From contig JAHRHZ010000031.1 of assembly GCA_024137785.1 (NCBI GenBank), positions 4,561,684-4,625,683 on the forward strand: a stretch of DNA of 64,000 bases. The letters run 5' to 3'. The notes under the pieces are model-generated. The model saw only the letters and a list, made by a program, of their open reading frames with translations, was not told where the DNA came from and searched no databases. The position numbers and the translations under genes are program-made. Positions 13,280-24,790 of the stretch are shown piece after piece (positions within the stretch are counted from its first letter, which is position 1; each line of letters opens with the position of its first letter). This stretch comes from Ginglymostoma cirratum. Its lineage: Eukaryota.

Positions 13280-14245
13280 CAGTGATTTGTCTTCAGCCAG
13301 AACTGGACTATTATGGTGTCACTTCAGATAACTTCAACATTATTGGGATGCTCAAGTTCAACTTACTATCTCTAATGGCCTGCAGCAAATTGATTTTGAC
13401 CTGCATCTGACTTCTAGGCACCATCCCTCTACATGTATAGAAAATGGGTGATGAAATATTGCAAATTAAACACAGCAGTGCTTAACAAATGGCTGCTTCA
13501 AGTCTTTGTTGCCAAAGTGCCATGGATCCTGTACTCTTATCCATCAAACTGACACTGCCTCTGCCCACCTTGGGTGAGCTCTAGCCATTTTCTAGTGAAA
13601 CTTTGAATATAGAGGAGAGAAAGTGACCACAGGGAACTCAATACATGATGGACTGCCAGCATTAGGCTTCTCCTGGTCACAGGTACCTACCAACCCAAAG
13701 CCTCCACATCCATTTCTACTTTGATGTACCCCGACAGCCCATTTTAATATATTTGGAGACCTACCACATTAAACATCATCTCCAGCTGTCCTCCCTGCTC
13801 CCGATCCCTGGTATTACACCTTAATGTTGCCTATGCTTCTCCTGTATGCTCCCCATAGAGGCCATGGTCTTGGCCACTGTCAATAACTGCTCCCTGTGCC
13901 AGGTTCCTGTAGCCTGCCATGCCCTCTGATGATGTCCTGTATCCTCCCTATTCATCTTGGACATCCCTCCATCACCGTCCTTATCCTCACTTCTGCAAAT
14001 GCCTCTTTTTCCTCCTCAGCCTTGATTCCTACACATCTTCCATCATTGATACCCCACTGCCCACACACACACACCCGCTTGAACAGTCCCGAAAGATTGA
14101 TGACTGTAATTGCCTTGAACCTCTGACTGAATTTGACAAGTGGCTCATCGACATGACAGACCAGACCCCTGAATGTCGAGTTTGTAGCCATCAGCTTAGA
14201 TGTCAAACCTTGGTGAAGCCTGTTAGAAAGGCTTTTACCTCATAA
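13280..14245 (+). mobile_element. Possible second, very degraded Harbinger transposase remnant
   Basis: Weak motif traces only (LGFSWSQV ~13660; KWLIDM..QTPE...H....TLV...RKAF ~14140-14240). Confidence 0.3.
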
Positions 14246-14319
14246 CTTAAACTTGATTTTAATTTTCCAGGAAAAGATTTTGGAGGAGGATTGACCCAAA
14301 GCCAATCTTGGTACTTCTA

Positions 14320-14500
14320 GAGATAGTAGGAACTGCCGATGCTGGAGAATCTGAGATAACAAGGTGTAGAGCTGGATGAACACAGTAGGCCAAGCAGCAT
14401 CAGAGGAGCAGGAAGGCTGACGTTTCAGAAATGTCAGCTTTCCTGCTTCTCTGATGCTGCTTGGCCTAGTGTGTTAATCCAACTCTACACCTTGTTATCC
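14320..14500. mobile_element. Fold-back (palindromic) Penelope-terminal-repeat element with 13-bp TSD
   Basis: 72-bp inverted arms at 14355-14426 and 14428-14499, with a 35-nt extra tail on the left arm. CTTGGTACTTCTA is duplicated at 14307-14319 and 14501-14513. Confidence 0.9.
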
Positions 14501-15029
14501 CTTGGTACTTCTATATTTATTTACAGATTTATACATTACAAACATAAATTTGCTTACTCAATAACCATTGATTCAGTCATCCGTAAGGATTCAAGTGAAT
14601 CACCAGGGCAATACTCTCCATCTGCATACAATTAAACAGAATTAATTTGAATTAGCAACACAAGTATAAAAAGTGTAAGTAGTGATGGCAGGCACAGCAG
14701 TGGAGAGTCTTTATCACAATGTGTTACCATTGCCATTTTTGCTCAGTTAGTCACAGGGGTTATCCTGAGGGAACCATCAATAAAAGGAGGAAGAGTGGAT
14801 TTCATCCTCTATTTCCTAAGGTGGGAGCAACAGGATGAAAGAGCACTTGAATAGCAGGATTCCTGATTTGTGCAGTGCCCCATTGACTGCATACATATGG
14901 TTCTGTAGACCCCTCATGTCAATGAGGAGGGTTACTGGAATAACAAAGACTATTACTTCTGAACCTGTATGTTAATAATTATTTTAATGACTCTTTTGCA
15001 TACTATATTCAATTGCTCTTGTGGGCTCA

Positions 15030-15382
15030 ACACTCACTCTGGAGATTTGAGCATGCAATTCAGGCTGACATTGCAGTGTAGTATTGTCAGTGGCATTGTC
15101 TTCCAAATGAACCATTAAACCAATACTCATCTTTTCCCTTGAGTGAAAACAGTAAGTGATTCCTCCCCAGATAATAGTAGTCCCACGACCTTTATTTTAA
15201 AAGCAGATTATTCAAGTGTGATTTTATTGTTGTTTGTGGGTGCTTACTGTGCCCAAATTTACTGAATGCACAGGGTATGACCATATTTCAAAAAATACTT
15301 GACTGGCCAAATACTTGACCAAAAAGAACTTTGGAATGCCAAGAGGACATGAAAGGTTTCATGTAAGTACAAGTTCTTTCTC
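15030..15382 (+). mobile_element. Deu-domain (SacSINE1-like) SINE, old
   Basis: Collinear with 20308-20747 (AGGCTGACA..GCAGT; TTGTTTGTGGG..CTT.CTGTG..CAAATT; TGAAAGG...CAAGTTCTTTCT tail). Confidence 0.7.
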
Positions 15383-15796
15383 ATTTAGGCACTTATTTTG
15401 TACAAATAACGAGCACAGCAAACAAAAAGCTGATGAAAACACCAATGAGAAAGCAATTTAAACCTTAAACATTGATTTGCATTGTGCCCTTGAACAGACG
15501 ATGCAGGGAATTGAGAATATTGCTTTTAAATAAATCCTTCAATGTTTGTCTTAAAGGTTTAAGATTATTTGGTACTTGCTGTAATGCTCTCTATTAATAG
15601 GACATAATATTATGCAATACAATTAAATCTAAATTCATTGGCTAAAAGTGAAAAAAGCACAGTGTTTGGTACCATAATCTTGTGGCATGGAAGACATAGT
15701 TATGAACATGCAATGTTTTACGTGAGGTAAAGGCTTGCCGAATTTGTGGAACAAGAACAGCAAGAAAGAGCTAAGTTTTCAAGCTATCTTTTGATG

Positions 15797-16124
15797 ATGT
15801 AGTGGTTATGTTACCGGAGAATCAAAGACCCAACATAATGCTCTGCGAATATGGTCCAAATCCTACACCAACAGCTAGCAGAATTTAAATGCAATTAATA
15901 AATGTGTAAATAAAGTCAGTCTCAGCAAGGGCAATTATTTATTCTTGTTAAAAGCCATCTGATTCAATAATGTCCGTTAGGGAAGGAAATCTGCCGTCTT
16001 TTTCTAGTTTGGCCAACATGTGACTCTGAAATGGCAAGCCACTCAGTTCAAGTGCAATTAGGGATAAGCAATGAATGCTGGCCTTGCCACTGGAATTCAC
16101 ATCCTGTGAATGAATAAAAATAAA
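15797..16124 (+). mobile_element. tRNA-derived SINE, family with CACATCCYRTGAATGAATAAAA tail
   Basis: Homologous to 35975, 41163, 41800 and 56030 (core AGGGAAGGAAA.CTGCC.TC.TT.C.T.GTCTGGCC.ACATGTGACTC). Confidence 0.75.
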
Positions 16125-16449
16125 AACAAGATTGTCTATATTAACACAAAAATCAATGAATCTGTCCAAGCATTGTGAAGCCTAAAACTGATCTTTAGCA
16201 TTTACATATTTCTATTTCCTAATCTTCAGAGGTAGGTAATGCTGATTTCAATGCCAGCTATATTAATTATAAGATAAAATTCATTACGGCTTCTCTTCAT
16301 AATCAGCCGCTCCTAATGTGTTTTTTTTTAATTTTCTGACTTTAAAATATATCACTGCAAAAGAGGTACGATCTCACTTGAGAGAAATTCTGGTTCCATA
16401 TAATCGTGGATTACAACAGAGTTTGGTACAGCAGATTTATGTCTAAGGC

Positions 16450-17022
16450 AATACTATCACTTTCTCAAGACACTAGTTGGAATACTGTGAATGGTTTTGG
16501 TCCTCTTTCAACGGAAATATATACTGGCAGTCCAGACAAGGTTCACTAGGTTGATCCTGAGTATGGAGGGACTATCTTATGAGGAGAGGTTGAGTAGATT
16601 GGGCCTGTACTCATTGCAGTTTAGAAGAATGAGAAGCAACCTTATGGCAAGAGTCTTAGGGGATTTGACATGATAGAGGCCAAGAGATTGTTTTTCCTTG
16701 TGGGTCAGTCTAGGACCAGAAGGCATAATCTCAAATTAAAAGGTCCCCCAGTTAGGACAGAGATGAGGAGGAATTTCTTCTCTCAGACAGCTGTGAATCT
16801 GTGGAATTCTTTACCACAGAAAGCTGTTGAGACTGAGTCATTAAGTATATTCAAGGCTCAGATAGTCATATTTTTATTCAGCAAGGGAATCAAGAGTTAC
16901 AGATAAAAAGCAGAAAAGTGGTAACGAGGACTAGTAGATTAGCCACGATCTCATTGAATGGCAGAGCAGACTCAATTGACTAAATGGCACAATTCTGCTC
17001 TTCTGTCTTCTGGTTTAATGGC
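16450..17022 (+). mobile_element. CR1 LINE 3' fragment
   Basis: ORFs 16491-16906: VQTRFTRLI..MEGLSYEERL..LGLYSL, TRRHNLKL, RRNFFSQ..VNLWNSLP. Confidence 0.9.
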
Positions 17023-17751
17023 CTCGCAGCTGCTTCTGTCAAATTAAGGCGAAGGTAGTAACAATGTAAGGAAATGTAAGGAAACATTCATCAAGGAAAT
17101 AAAAGATTTTCTTTCTGAGGAAAATATTTCCAGGGTCGTAAATCATTCAAATAGCAGAAAACATCTATGCAATTTGAGCAATTCACACTGTAAATGAAAC
17201 ATTTTATAAAAATATTTAAGTTTGATTAAATACAACAACTTACCTGTAAGGATAGTCATCATGAAAGTTATAAGGGAGAAAAGAATTTGCAACAGTTACC
17301 AAAATTAATCATCCCATCTAACCTTTGTTTAACATGTTAAGCAAAGCAACTGTTACAGCAGGGACCTAATTATTTGCCCATAGTTATAGGACAATAATGG
17401 AGTGTAGAAGATATTAAACATTGAAATGTTATTGTTCGTATTAGTATAATTGGTTAATTTGTTCAGCTCCTTTCTGTATTAATACTGCATCCAGTACTGC
17501 AGCAACTATTAGTCAAATAATAGAGACTTAATTGTTTCTCCTTTCTCTAATTTTCATATAATAGTGAAGAACCAGCATTGATGTAACAATAGTACAAGTC
17601 AAACATGCACAAAGTTAATTGAAATGTAGTCACTTTTTCACACTAGTTCTAACTTAATGGCTAAGATATAAACCTGAATCATAATGCTCATAGCATGTAC
17701 ACATTGTGCAATTCTCTCATAAGAATTGCTCCAGTAGAAATTCCAAACCCA

Positions 17752-18392
17752 ATGGGCTGAATTTCAGCGAGGGAACTAATGGTTTGTCTACCTATTACAA
17801 TAAATGGTCAACAGCCAATGGTCCAAATAAAAACAGCCACTCTACAGTGATAGCTTGCTGCCATGGAGCCACACAGCTCAGAGTCAGATTTCAGCCCCTC
17901 GTTGGGAAGAAATCCTACTCCTCAAATTTGCCAGCCACTCCAGCAGATCCAGTAGCACCAGAATAGAGTCATGGCTTTTGCTGGAGCAGCAAGATCACCC
18001 ACAAGGTACATCAATAGATCCCAGAGGCAAGTAGACTTCTGCAGTTACGAGGTTCAGGGTGGTGTGGCTGGGAATTGTGAGAGAGGGGAGGGTTGGGTAT
18101 GTAAATTTTGAAGGACCAGTGGACAGGAATAAAGGGTCAGGGTAACACTATTCAAAGGGCAGAGTTTCTATGAAATTGGCCTCCTCAGTCACACCTGCTT
18201 ATACACATGAATCAATTTACGGCATGGGCAGCATAATGTTCGGGTCAGTTCATCCAGTAACAACCCCGATTGCCATTACTTCCATTCACTGTACTATGGG
18301 ATGCGGGGCAGATGTGACCTAGTAGGTGGTAAGTTACAACATTTTACATGGCCCATAATGATGCATGCCCTGAGGGGGAAAAGTGGCCAGCC
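17752..18392. mobile_element. Probable old non-autonomous DNA element (Harbinger-type MITE)
   Basis: Abrupt GC-richer block that starts GGGCTGAATTT and ends ...CAGCC; no coding motifs; termini degenerate. Confidence 0.3.
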
Positions 18393-18411
18393 TAATGAAT
18401 TCTGATATCAG

Positions 18412-18552
18412 AGATAACAAGGTGTCTTCAGAATGGTCTAGGCCTGAAACGTCAGCCTTCCTGCTCCTCTGATGCTGCTTGGCCTGCTGTGTTCATCCAG
18501 CTCTACACCTTGTTATCTCAGATTCTCCAGCATCTGCAATTCCTACTGTCAC
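18412..18552 (+). mobile_element. Short Penelope-terminal-repeat element with inverted 5' stub and 16-bp TSD
   Basis: TGAATTCTGATATCAG is duplicated at 18396-18411 and 18553-18568. Body is nearly identical to 53985-54069 plus tail, and it begins with inverted (G)AGATAACAAGGTGT. Confidence 0.9.
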
Positions 18553-19021
18553 TGAATTCTGATATCAGTTAGTTGAAGTATTTGTAACAGTCACCAAGTA
18601 TAAGTACTAACTCAACTGTGAAAATTCAAAAGTACAGAGAGCATACGGATTCTGGTCTTTCAGTTAATTTGATATGTGTCATTTGTATAATTATCTACAA
18701 CATTAATAATTTCCAGTCTGATGCGACATTCAGTTGAAAGCAAAAGCAGATGAATTTGACTATTGTGGCACGGATTGCAAATCACCAGTATTTCTGCCAT
18801 TGAAAGGCAATCAACCTCAACTTGCTGCTGATACACTGTCACCTGCTTGCGCCACCACCAAAATTAAATTTCATGTCCAACAAATGGTTCCTCTGAGAAC
18901 CCGCACTCATGACGTAAAACATTTAAAAAAAACTTCGAAGTGAGCTGTCATTGACAGCCTGAAGCAACAGTGATTAGGTGTAGAGATATTAAAAACCCTT
19001 AGAGAAGGCACATAATATCCA

Positions 19022-19700
19022 TTTGTTGGAAAAGCACAGCATGTCAGACAACTGCCAAGCAGCAGGAAAGTAAACGGTTTTGGGCCAAAACCCTTCATCA
19101 GGACTGGGGAGGGGAAGGGGGGGCCCAGAAGTAAAAGAGAGGGGGTGGGTGAGGCTGGGGTAAGAGTAGGTGGGGTGGGGATAGGTGGATGCAGGTGGGG
19201 GCTATTGTGATTGATCCTTGAGAAGGGTGGAGCAGGTGGGTGAGTAGGAAGATGGGAAAGTTAGGTCAGGGAGGTGAGGAAGAAGGAGAGGGTTGGGTAT
19301 AGGATAAGGCTAGAGGTGGAGGGATTTTAAAGCTGGTGAAGTCAATATTGAGGCTAGTGGCTGTGAGCTCCCAAGGCGAAATATCAGGTGTTGTTTCTCC
19401 AGTTTACATTTTTTCGCCTTGGGAGCTTACAGCCCAATAGCCTCAACATTGACTTCAACAGTTTTAAAATCCCTCCACCCCCCAGCCTTATCCCAAATCT
19501 GGCCTCACCATCCTCCTTGCCTCCCTGACCTGACCTAACCTTCCTTCTCCCTACATACCTATCCGCTCCACTATTCCCACAGACCAATCACAATAACCCC
19601 CCACCTGCATCCACCTATCACCATCCTGCTTACCCTTGCCCCAGCCCCACCTCATCCCTCTGTTTACTTCTCGGCTCCCCTCTCCCTCTTCAGTCCTGAC
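19022..19700. mobile_element. Two Penelope 3' fragments in inverted orientation
   Basis: 19022-19385 (minus) and ~19410-19700 (plus) are both homologous to 53590-54050 (end of the GIY-YIG ORF, LGSLQP..LNIDF, plus the pyrimidine-rich UTR). Confidence 0.85.
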
Positions 19701-19849
19701 AAAATGGAACTTCATTCCTGTATGTCAAGCCACACTTCTTTTGTTGTCTTACATAGATTAACTAACACATTTCAAATTTTATATTCCATAATTCTTGCCA
19801 TAAACCATTGTTTCCATTTGATCTTTTCTTGCCTTGTCCATTTGGAGTA

Positions 19850-20175
19850 CTTGCTTTTAAATGTACTATGAGCTTGAACACCGAAATCCCTTGGCCTTTC
19901 ACCTCATCCAATGTTCCCTAAAGTAGAAATATTTCTTTCTTTAATCAAAATGTACCACCTCTCAAGTACTCACATTAAATTACATCTGCCCAGTTTGCAC
20001 TCATTGCATCATTCTATCATAAATCCCATGGTAGCTTTCCTTAGAGATCAGTGTGACTCCTTTTTGCTGTCTATTTTGGTAATGTCTACAAATTTGAATA
20101 GTAATCCCTCTTGCCCGATTTCCAAATCATGGACATACATAGTGAATAGAAATGGTCCAAGAACTGGAAGAGCAT
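19850..20175 (-). mobile_element. Degraded CR1 RT fragment
   Basis: ORF 20048-20260: PVLGPFLFTMYVHDL...KFVDITK, equivalent to SVLGP.LF.IYINDL / KFADDTK. Confidence 0.7.
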
Positions 20176-20307
20176 GAAACATTGCAATATGCTTGCAGCA
20201 TTCTGAGAAAATGCCTCCATGTGACTGTCTTGTCTTATCAGATACCTTTGTATATGCCAATTTTGTTCAATTGCTACACAATCTATGTTCAGGCTCTTAA
20301 TGAGATC

Positions 20308-20747
20308 CCTGAGTCAGAAGGCTCTGCATTCAAGTCCTACACCAAGGATTTGAGTACAAGTCTAGGCTGACATTGTAATGCAGTGCTAAGGAAATGCTGC
20401 GCTGTCGGAGGTGCTGTCTTTCATATGTGATATTAAACTGAACAGCTGTTTTTTTTAGGTGAATGGAAAGGATTCCATTGCACTATTTTGAAAAAAAGTG
20501 AGGGAGGCATAAGCCTCTTGTCCTGGCTAATAATTATTTCTTCAACAAAATCACAAAGAATCCAACTATGGTATCTGACCATTATCATATTATCATTTGT
20601 GGGAGGTTGTTATGTACAAATTGACTGCTGCTTTAAATGTATTTCAGCAGTGACTACACTTCAAAGATACCTAATTGACTGTAAAACACTTTGTGACATA
20701 CACAGATCATGAAATACCCTATAAGATTGCAAGATTTTCCTTCTTTC
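20308..20747 (+). mobile_element. Deu-domain (SacSINE1-like) SINE, near full length
   Basis: tRNA-like head (GAGTCAGAAGG...TTCAAGTCC), central conserved domain, and tail GTGACTACACTTCAAA...TGTAAA.CACTTT...GCAAG.TTTTCCTTCTTT. Confidence 0.75.
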
Positions 20748-22097
20748 AGGTATCCACTCCAAACCTAGGGTTGGTAGCTTTAACTCCACTGAATTAAAAA
20801 ATTAGTTACACTGGACATCATCTCACCTGGGGTTTTTACTTTTTTACTTCTGGAAATCATTCCATTTAGAACCCATTTATCCGTACATCTGCTTCATGCT
20901 CTTTGCATTGCAGTTTATACATTTTTGTTGCAGCAATTTGTGATTTGGGGAGTGTTGTTCTTGCCGCATATGTCATTTTATGATTCTTTTCATTTCTAGT
21001 TTGCTTAGTTAGGTACTCAATTTTGCTTATGACTAAGCTCTCGTAAATGGCAGCTTAAATTTTTGTAAGAGCTGTAAAAAATGCAGACAGCCTAGTGTAT
21101 CATCAGTTCCACATTAACCATAAGAAGTTAATGCTGCAAGGATCTATTTATGTCCACCATTTTAAAATTATTCATATGTACTTCCTCCCAGGATTTTCTG
21201 TGCCTCTTCAGCTGATAGTTCTTTGCAATAATACATTTTTATTTGAAGTACTAAGAGACTCATGACTAATTTCCTGAATTAATTGGGTGTTATTTTGAAA
21301 TAACTTATTGTAATCCATCATTAGTGTTTCAACCAAAGTTCCTTTAATTTGGAAAATCACCATTGCAAATCATTGTCACTGTGTAATATACAACTGAAGC
21401 GAAGGTTCAATCCACTCTTGTTTCTTATTTCTCTGATAACGCAGGAGTAGAAAGCATTGAAGCTGCTAGTACAGCTATTATATTGAAAGATGTAAAACTG
21501 CATGCTCAAATGATTAAAGCTTTCTAAACTATTTAGCACTGAAAGGCAGGTAAATTTGTGAATAAAGCAATGGTAAATTTAGAACCAGGTTTTGTTGAAG
21601 TATTACTGATTTTTAGGATATGAAAAATTTCATTTTACATCTTATGCCAATAGCCTCCAGAAACATTTCAGATGCATTTGATTTTGAAAGCTTGACCACA
21701 AACTTAAACAATCAAGCAACCTAACATGACCTTGATTCCCATCATCAGATGGTTCCTAGCAACCTTAGCATTCCTTCCAGCATTGGATTGCCTTGGCCTC
21801 ATTCGGGGGTGGTGGGGTGGGTTAAATTTGATAACCCCTAAGACAAACGAAAGGATGGCAATGTGTGATTAACTCAAGTGTTGCTGATTGAAAAGCAGGC
21901 AGTATTGGAATGGTTTCTGCAAAACTAACAGTTCTGTTCATTGGCTGCAACATCAGGATACCCAAAAGTACATTTTCCTAGTAGTTTAAAAAGCTCACCA
22001 GCATTCCTGGAAGCTAGCCTGTATCTCTAAAAGTGGAAATACATTGTTGTTAGAACACATGTTTAGATCCCTACTGTAGTGAACATTGTCAGGTACA

Positions 22098-22390
22098 ACT
22101 GCTGCCTCACAGCGCCAGGGACCCGGGTTTGATTCTGGCCCTGGGCGACTGTCTGTGTGGAGTTTGCACATTCTCTCCATGTCTGTGTGGGTTTCCTCTG
22201 AGTGCTCCAGTTTCCTCCCACAGTCCAAAGATGAGCAGGTTAGGTGGATTGGCCATGCTAAATTGCCTGTAGTGTTCAAGGATGCGTAGCTTAGGTGTGT
22301 TATCAGTGGATGGGTCTGGGTGGGATGCTCCAAGGGTCGGTGTGGACTTGTTGGGCTGAAGGGCCTGTTTCCACACTGTAGAGATTCTAT
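22098..22390 (+). mobile_element. HE1-type V-SINE
   Basis: CTGCCTCACAGCGCCAGGGACCCGGGTTTGATTC head, V-domain TGTGTGGAGTTTGCACATTCTC...GGGTTTCCTC..GTGCTCC.GTTTCCTCCCACAGTCCAAAG, and CR1-type tail GAAGGGCCTGTTTCCACACTGTA. Confidence 0.9.
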
Positions 22391-22409
22391 AAAATGAGGA
22401 ATCCCTCAA

Positions 22410-22900
22410 CACAGGAGAATGTGGACTCCAATCTTTTCAAATGCTGGTGTCAGAGGTGGAAAGGAGAAAGATGATATCTATCTATACGGCGAGAGTAGGC
22501 CATTGTGATGCATGGTAGAAAGGCAGTAGGAGCAGACAGCCATGGATATTAATGCCAGGAGGACCCAAGACATGGCAGGTCCCAGGCACCTGGCTGTAGA
22601 GGCAGTGGTTTTCTAACGGTGGTGTCGTGTGGGGACTTGGGGCACCTGCGTGTTCGCAAACTGACGGATGGACTTTGTGGCTTTGTTTTACTTGCAGCAA
22701 GGACTCATTGCAGAGAAGATGGAGTGATCTGGACATTTCTTTTTCTTTTGGCTGTTTCTTTTATTGCTCCTTCTGTTTTTAAACTTGTCTTTAGTGTACT
22801 AAGATGGTGCCAGAGAATGGCGACTCTGTACACTTTTCACTGTATTCCTGTATTCCTGTACTCAAGTATACATGGCAATAAAATCTGCATCTAAATCTAA
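22410..22900 (+). mobile_element. Non-coding retroelement with Rex1/Babar-like 3' tail
   Basis: Ends TTTTCACTGTA...GTA.ACATG.CAATAAA...CTAAATCTA, similar to the tail of the LINE at 39625-39680 and to 24138-24385. Confidence 0.55.
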
Positions 22901-24137
22901 GAAGAACGTGATATTAATATATGGCATTGAAAATTTCATTTCACACACATTGTCACCAGCTCAGTGCGTGTTTCTTATGGCCTTGATCTGAAGACAAAGT
23001 CTGGGCACAGACACTGAGCCCATATGCTGCAATCAGGGTACAGGTATCATACTTGTCTGCTCAATGGAGAGCAAGGTCATGCATGGAATCCATCGTAGAG
23101 GACACACTTGAGCAGTTGAATGGGCAATATAAAGATGCAAGCTGATGGCTTTACGTAACTAAATGCTTGGCACTGGCAGACCTGCATATTACAAGCTTGG
23201 GAAGAGGATTTGCATTGAATTGGAGCTTACTCTTTCACCGCTGTCACCTGCTTTAGGCCCCTATTATGATCAAATGGTTGATAACAGATGTTACAGTTTT
23301 CTTTCCAAGTAGCGGCCACATTTAACTATTGGAGTCGAAGCTCAGATTGCTATCTTGAACAGCCACTGTTCGAACATGCCAGCTGAAACTGCTGCTATTA
23401 GGGCTGTGGATTTTCAAAATGTCTTGCAATTTATTCTGCAGTTGATCATTGGTATTGTTAAGGTGCCACTTTTGGAGGTGTGCCCCTGGTTCCATAAAAC
23501 ACTTAGCTGCTGGCCTCTCAGGTTGAGGCCAGTTTCTCTCTCACCCCATTGATACTGTCAATGCCCTTGCTCTTGCCTATCAGGCAAGCACCACACAGCT
23601 TGAGCTCCTAAGCTCAGAAGTGCTCAAGGTCATCATTCAAGGTCATGAACAGTCTCCTGCACTGAAAATCAACAGCCTTCAAGCAGACTTTACCACAAGC
23701 ATCGGGGGTAGCACTGTGCTGGGCCAATTGACAGGCAGAGGCATGGGAAAGAGGGTATTAAAGCAATGCACACGGATGATTAGCTTTATGTTACTATGTC
23801 ACGATTTTATCCACAAATTTAGCTTGGAATGCTTATTCTCATGGCTTTTATTTGTGCGTTGTAGTCGGGTTCTGTGGTGACCATTTACACATTGCTTAGA
23901 TAAATGGAATGCCATGCCATGTGACTTCTACCTCAGCTGCAAGAAAATGATTTTATGGACAGTCAGTAGCAGTCACTGAACATTCATCACTCGAAAGAGA
24001 GAGAACATAAGGCATGAGACCGTAGTGAACGGAAAATTAGGGATGCATTTACCAGTAATGCAATCAAATCATATACAAATCGCACTGGAAGGGGCTGTGT
24101 AAGTCTGCCTCCTGATGGCTATTGGAAGGCCTATAAT

Positions 24138-24385
24138 GTTTAGATTTAGGTTTTACTGGCACGTGTACTCAAGTATGGTGTATAACAGTACAGTGAAAAG
24201 TGTACAATGTCACCATTCACAGCGTCACCCTAGGCATAAAGTACCTGTACATAAAATCTTAGTTACAGAAATAGAAAATATAGAGAAATAAGTTAAAAGT
24301 TCATCACTACAGCCTTCTTAGCATCAATGTAGAAAAATAAAGAAATAAAGTTAAAATGTCAAACATTACAGTCCTTCCTTAAGCA
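24138..24385 (-). mobile_element. 3' fragment of the same Rex1-tailed non-coding element
   Basis: Reverse complement ends GTACACTTTTCACTGTAC...GAGTACACGTGCCAGTAAAACCTAAATCTAAA. Confidence 0.55.
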
Positions 24386-24398
24386 ATGGGCCTGTGAA

Positions 24399-24790
24399 TG
24401 TTGCAACCCCATCATAGTGATTGCACCTTCCTATTCCTGAGTTCTACCCATATTGCCTTACTACATGAGCTCTCCAAGATGCCCTCTTTTAGTGCAGCTG
24501 CGACATTCTCCTTAATCAGTAATGTAACTCCCTCACCCCTTTTTACATCCCTCTCTAACACACTTGAAACATCTAAACCCTGGAATGTTGAGCTGCCAGT
24601 CCTGTCCTTCTCTCAACCAAGTTTCTGTGACAGCTATAATATCATAGTTCCATGTACCAATCCAGGCTCTAAGCTGGTATGCCTTCCATGTTATGTTCCT
24701 TGGATCAAAATAAATACACTTCAGACCGCCAGTCCTACCAGGTTCACTAACCTGGCCCTACCAGTTCTTCCTATTAAACTTACTTCACTT
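24399..24790 (-). mobile_element. CR1 ORF2 APE-endonuclease fragment
   Basis: Minus strand reads YDIIAVTETWLREGQDWQLNIPGF...RGEGVTLLIKE...AIWVELRN. Confidence 0.85.
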
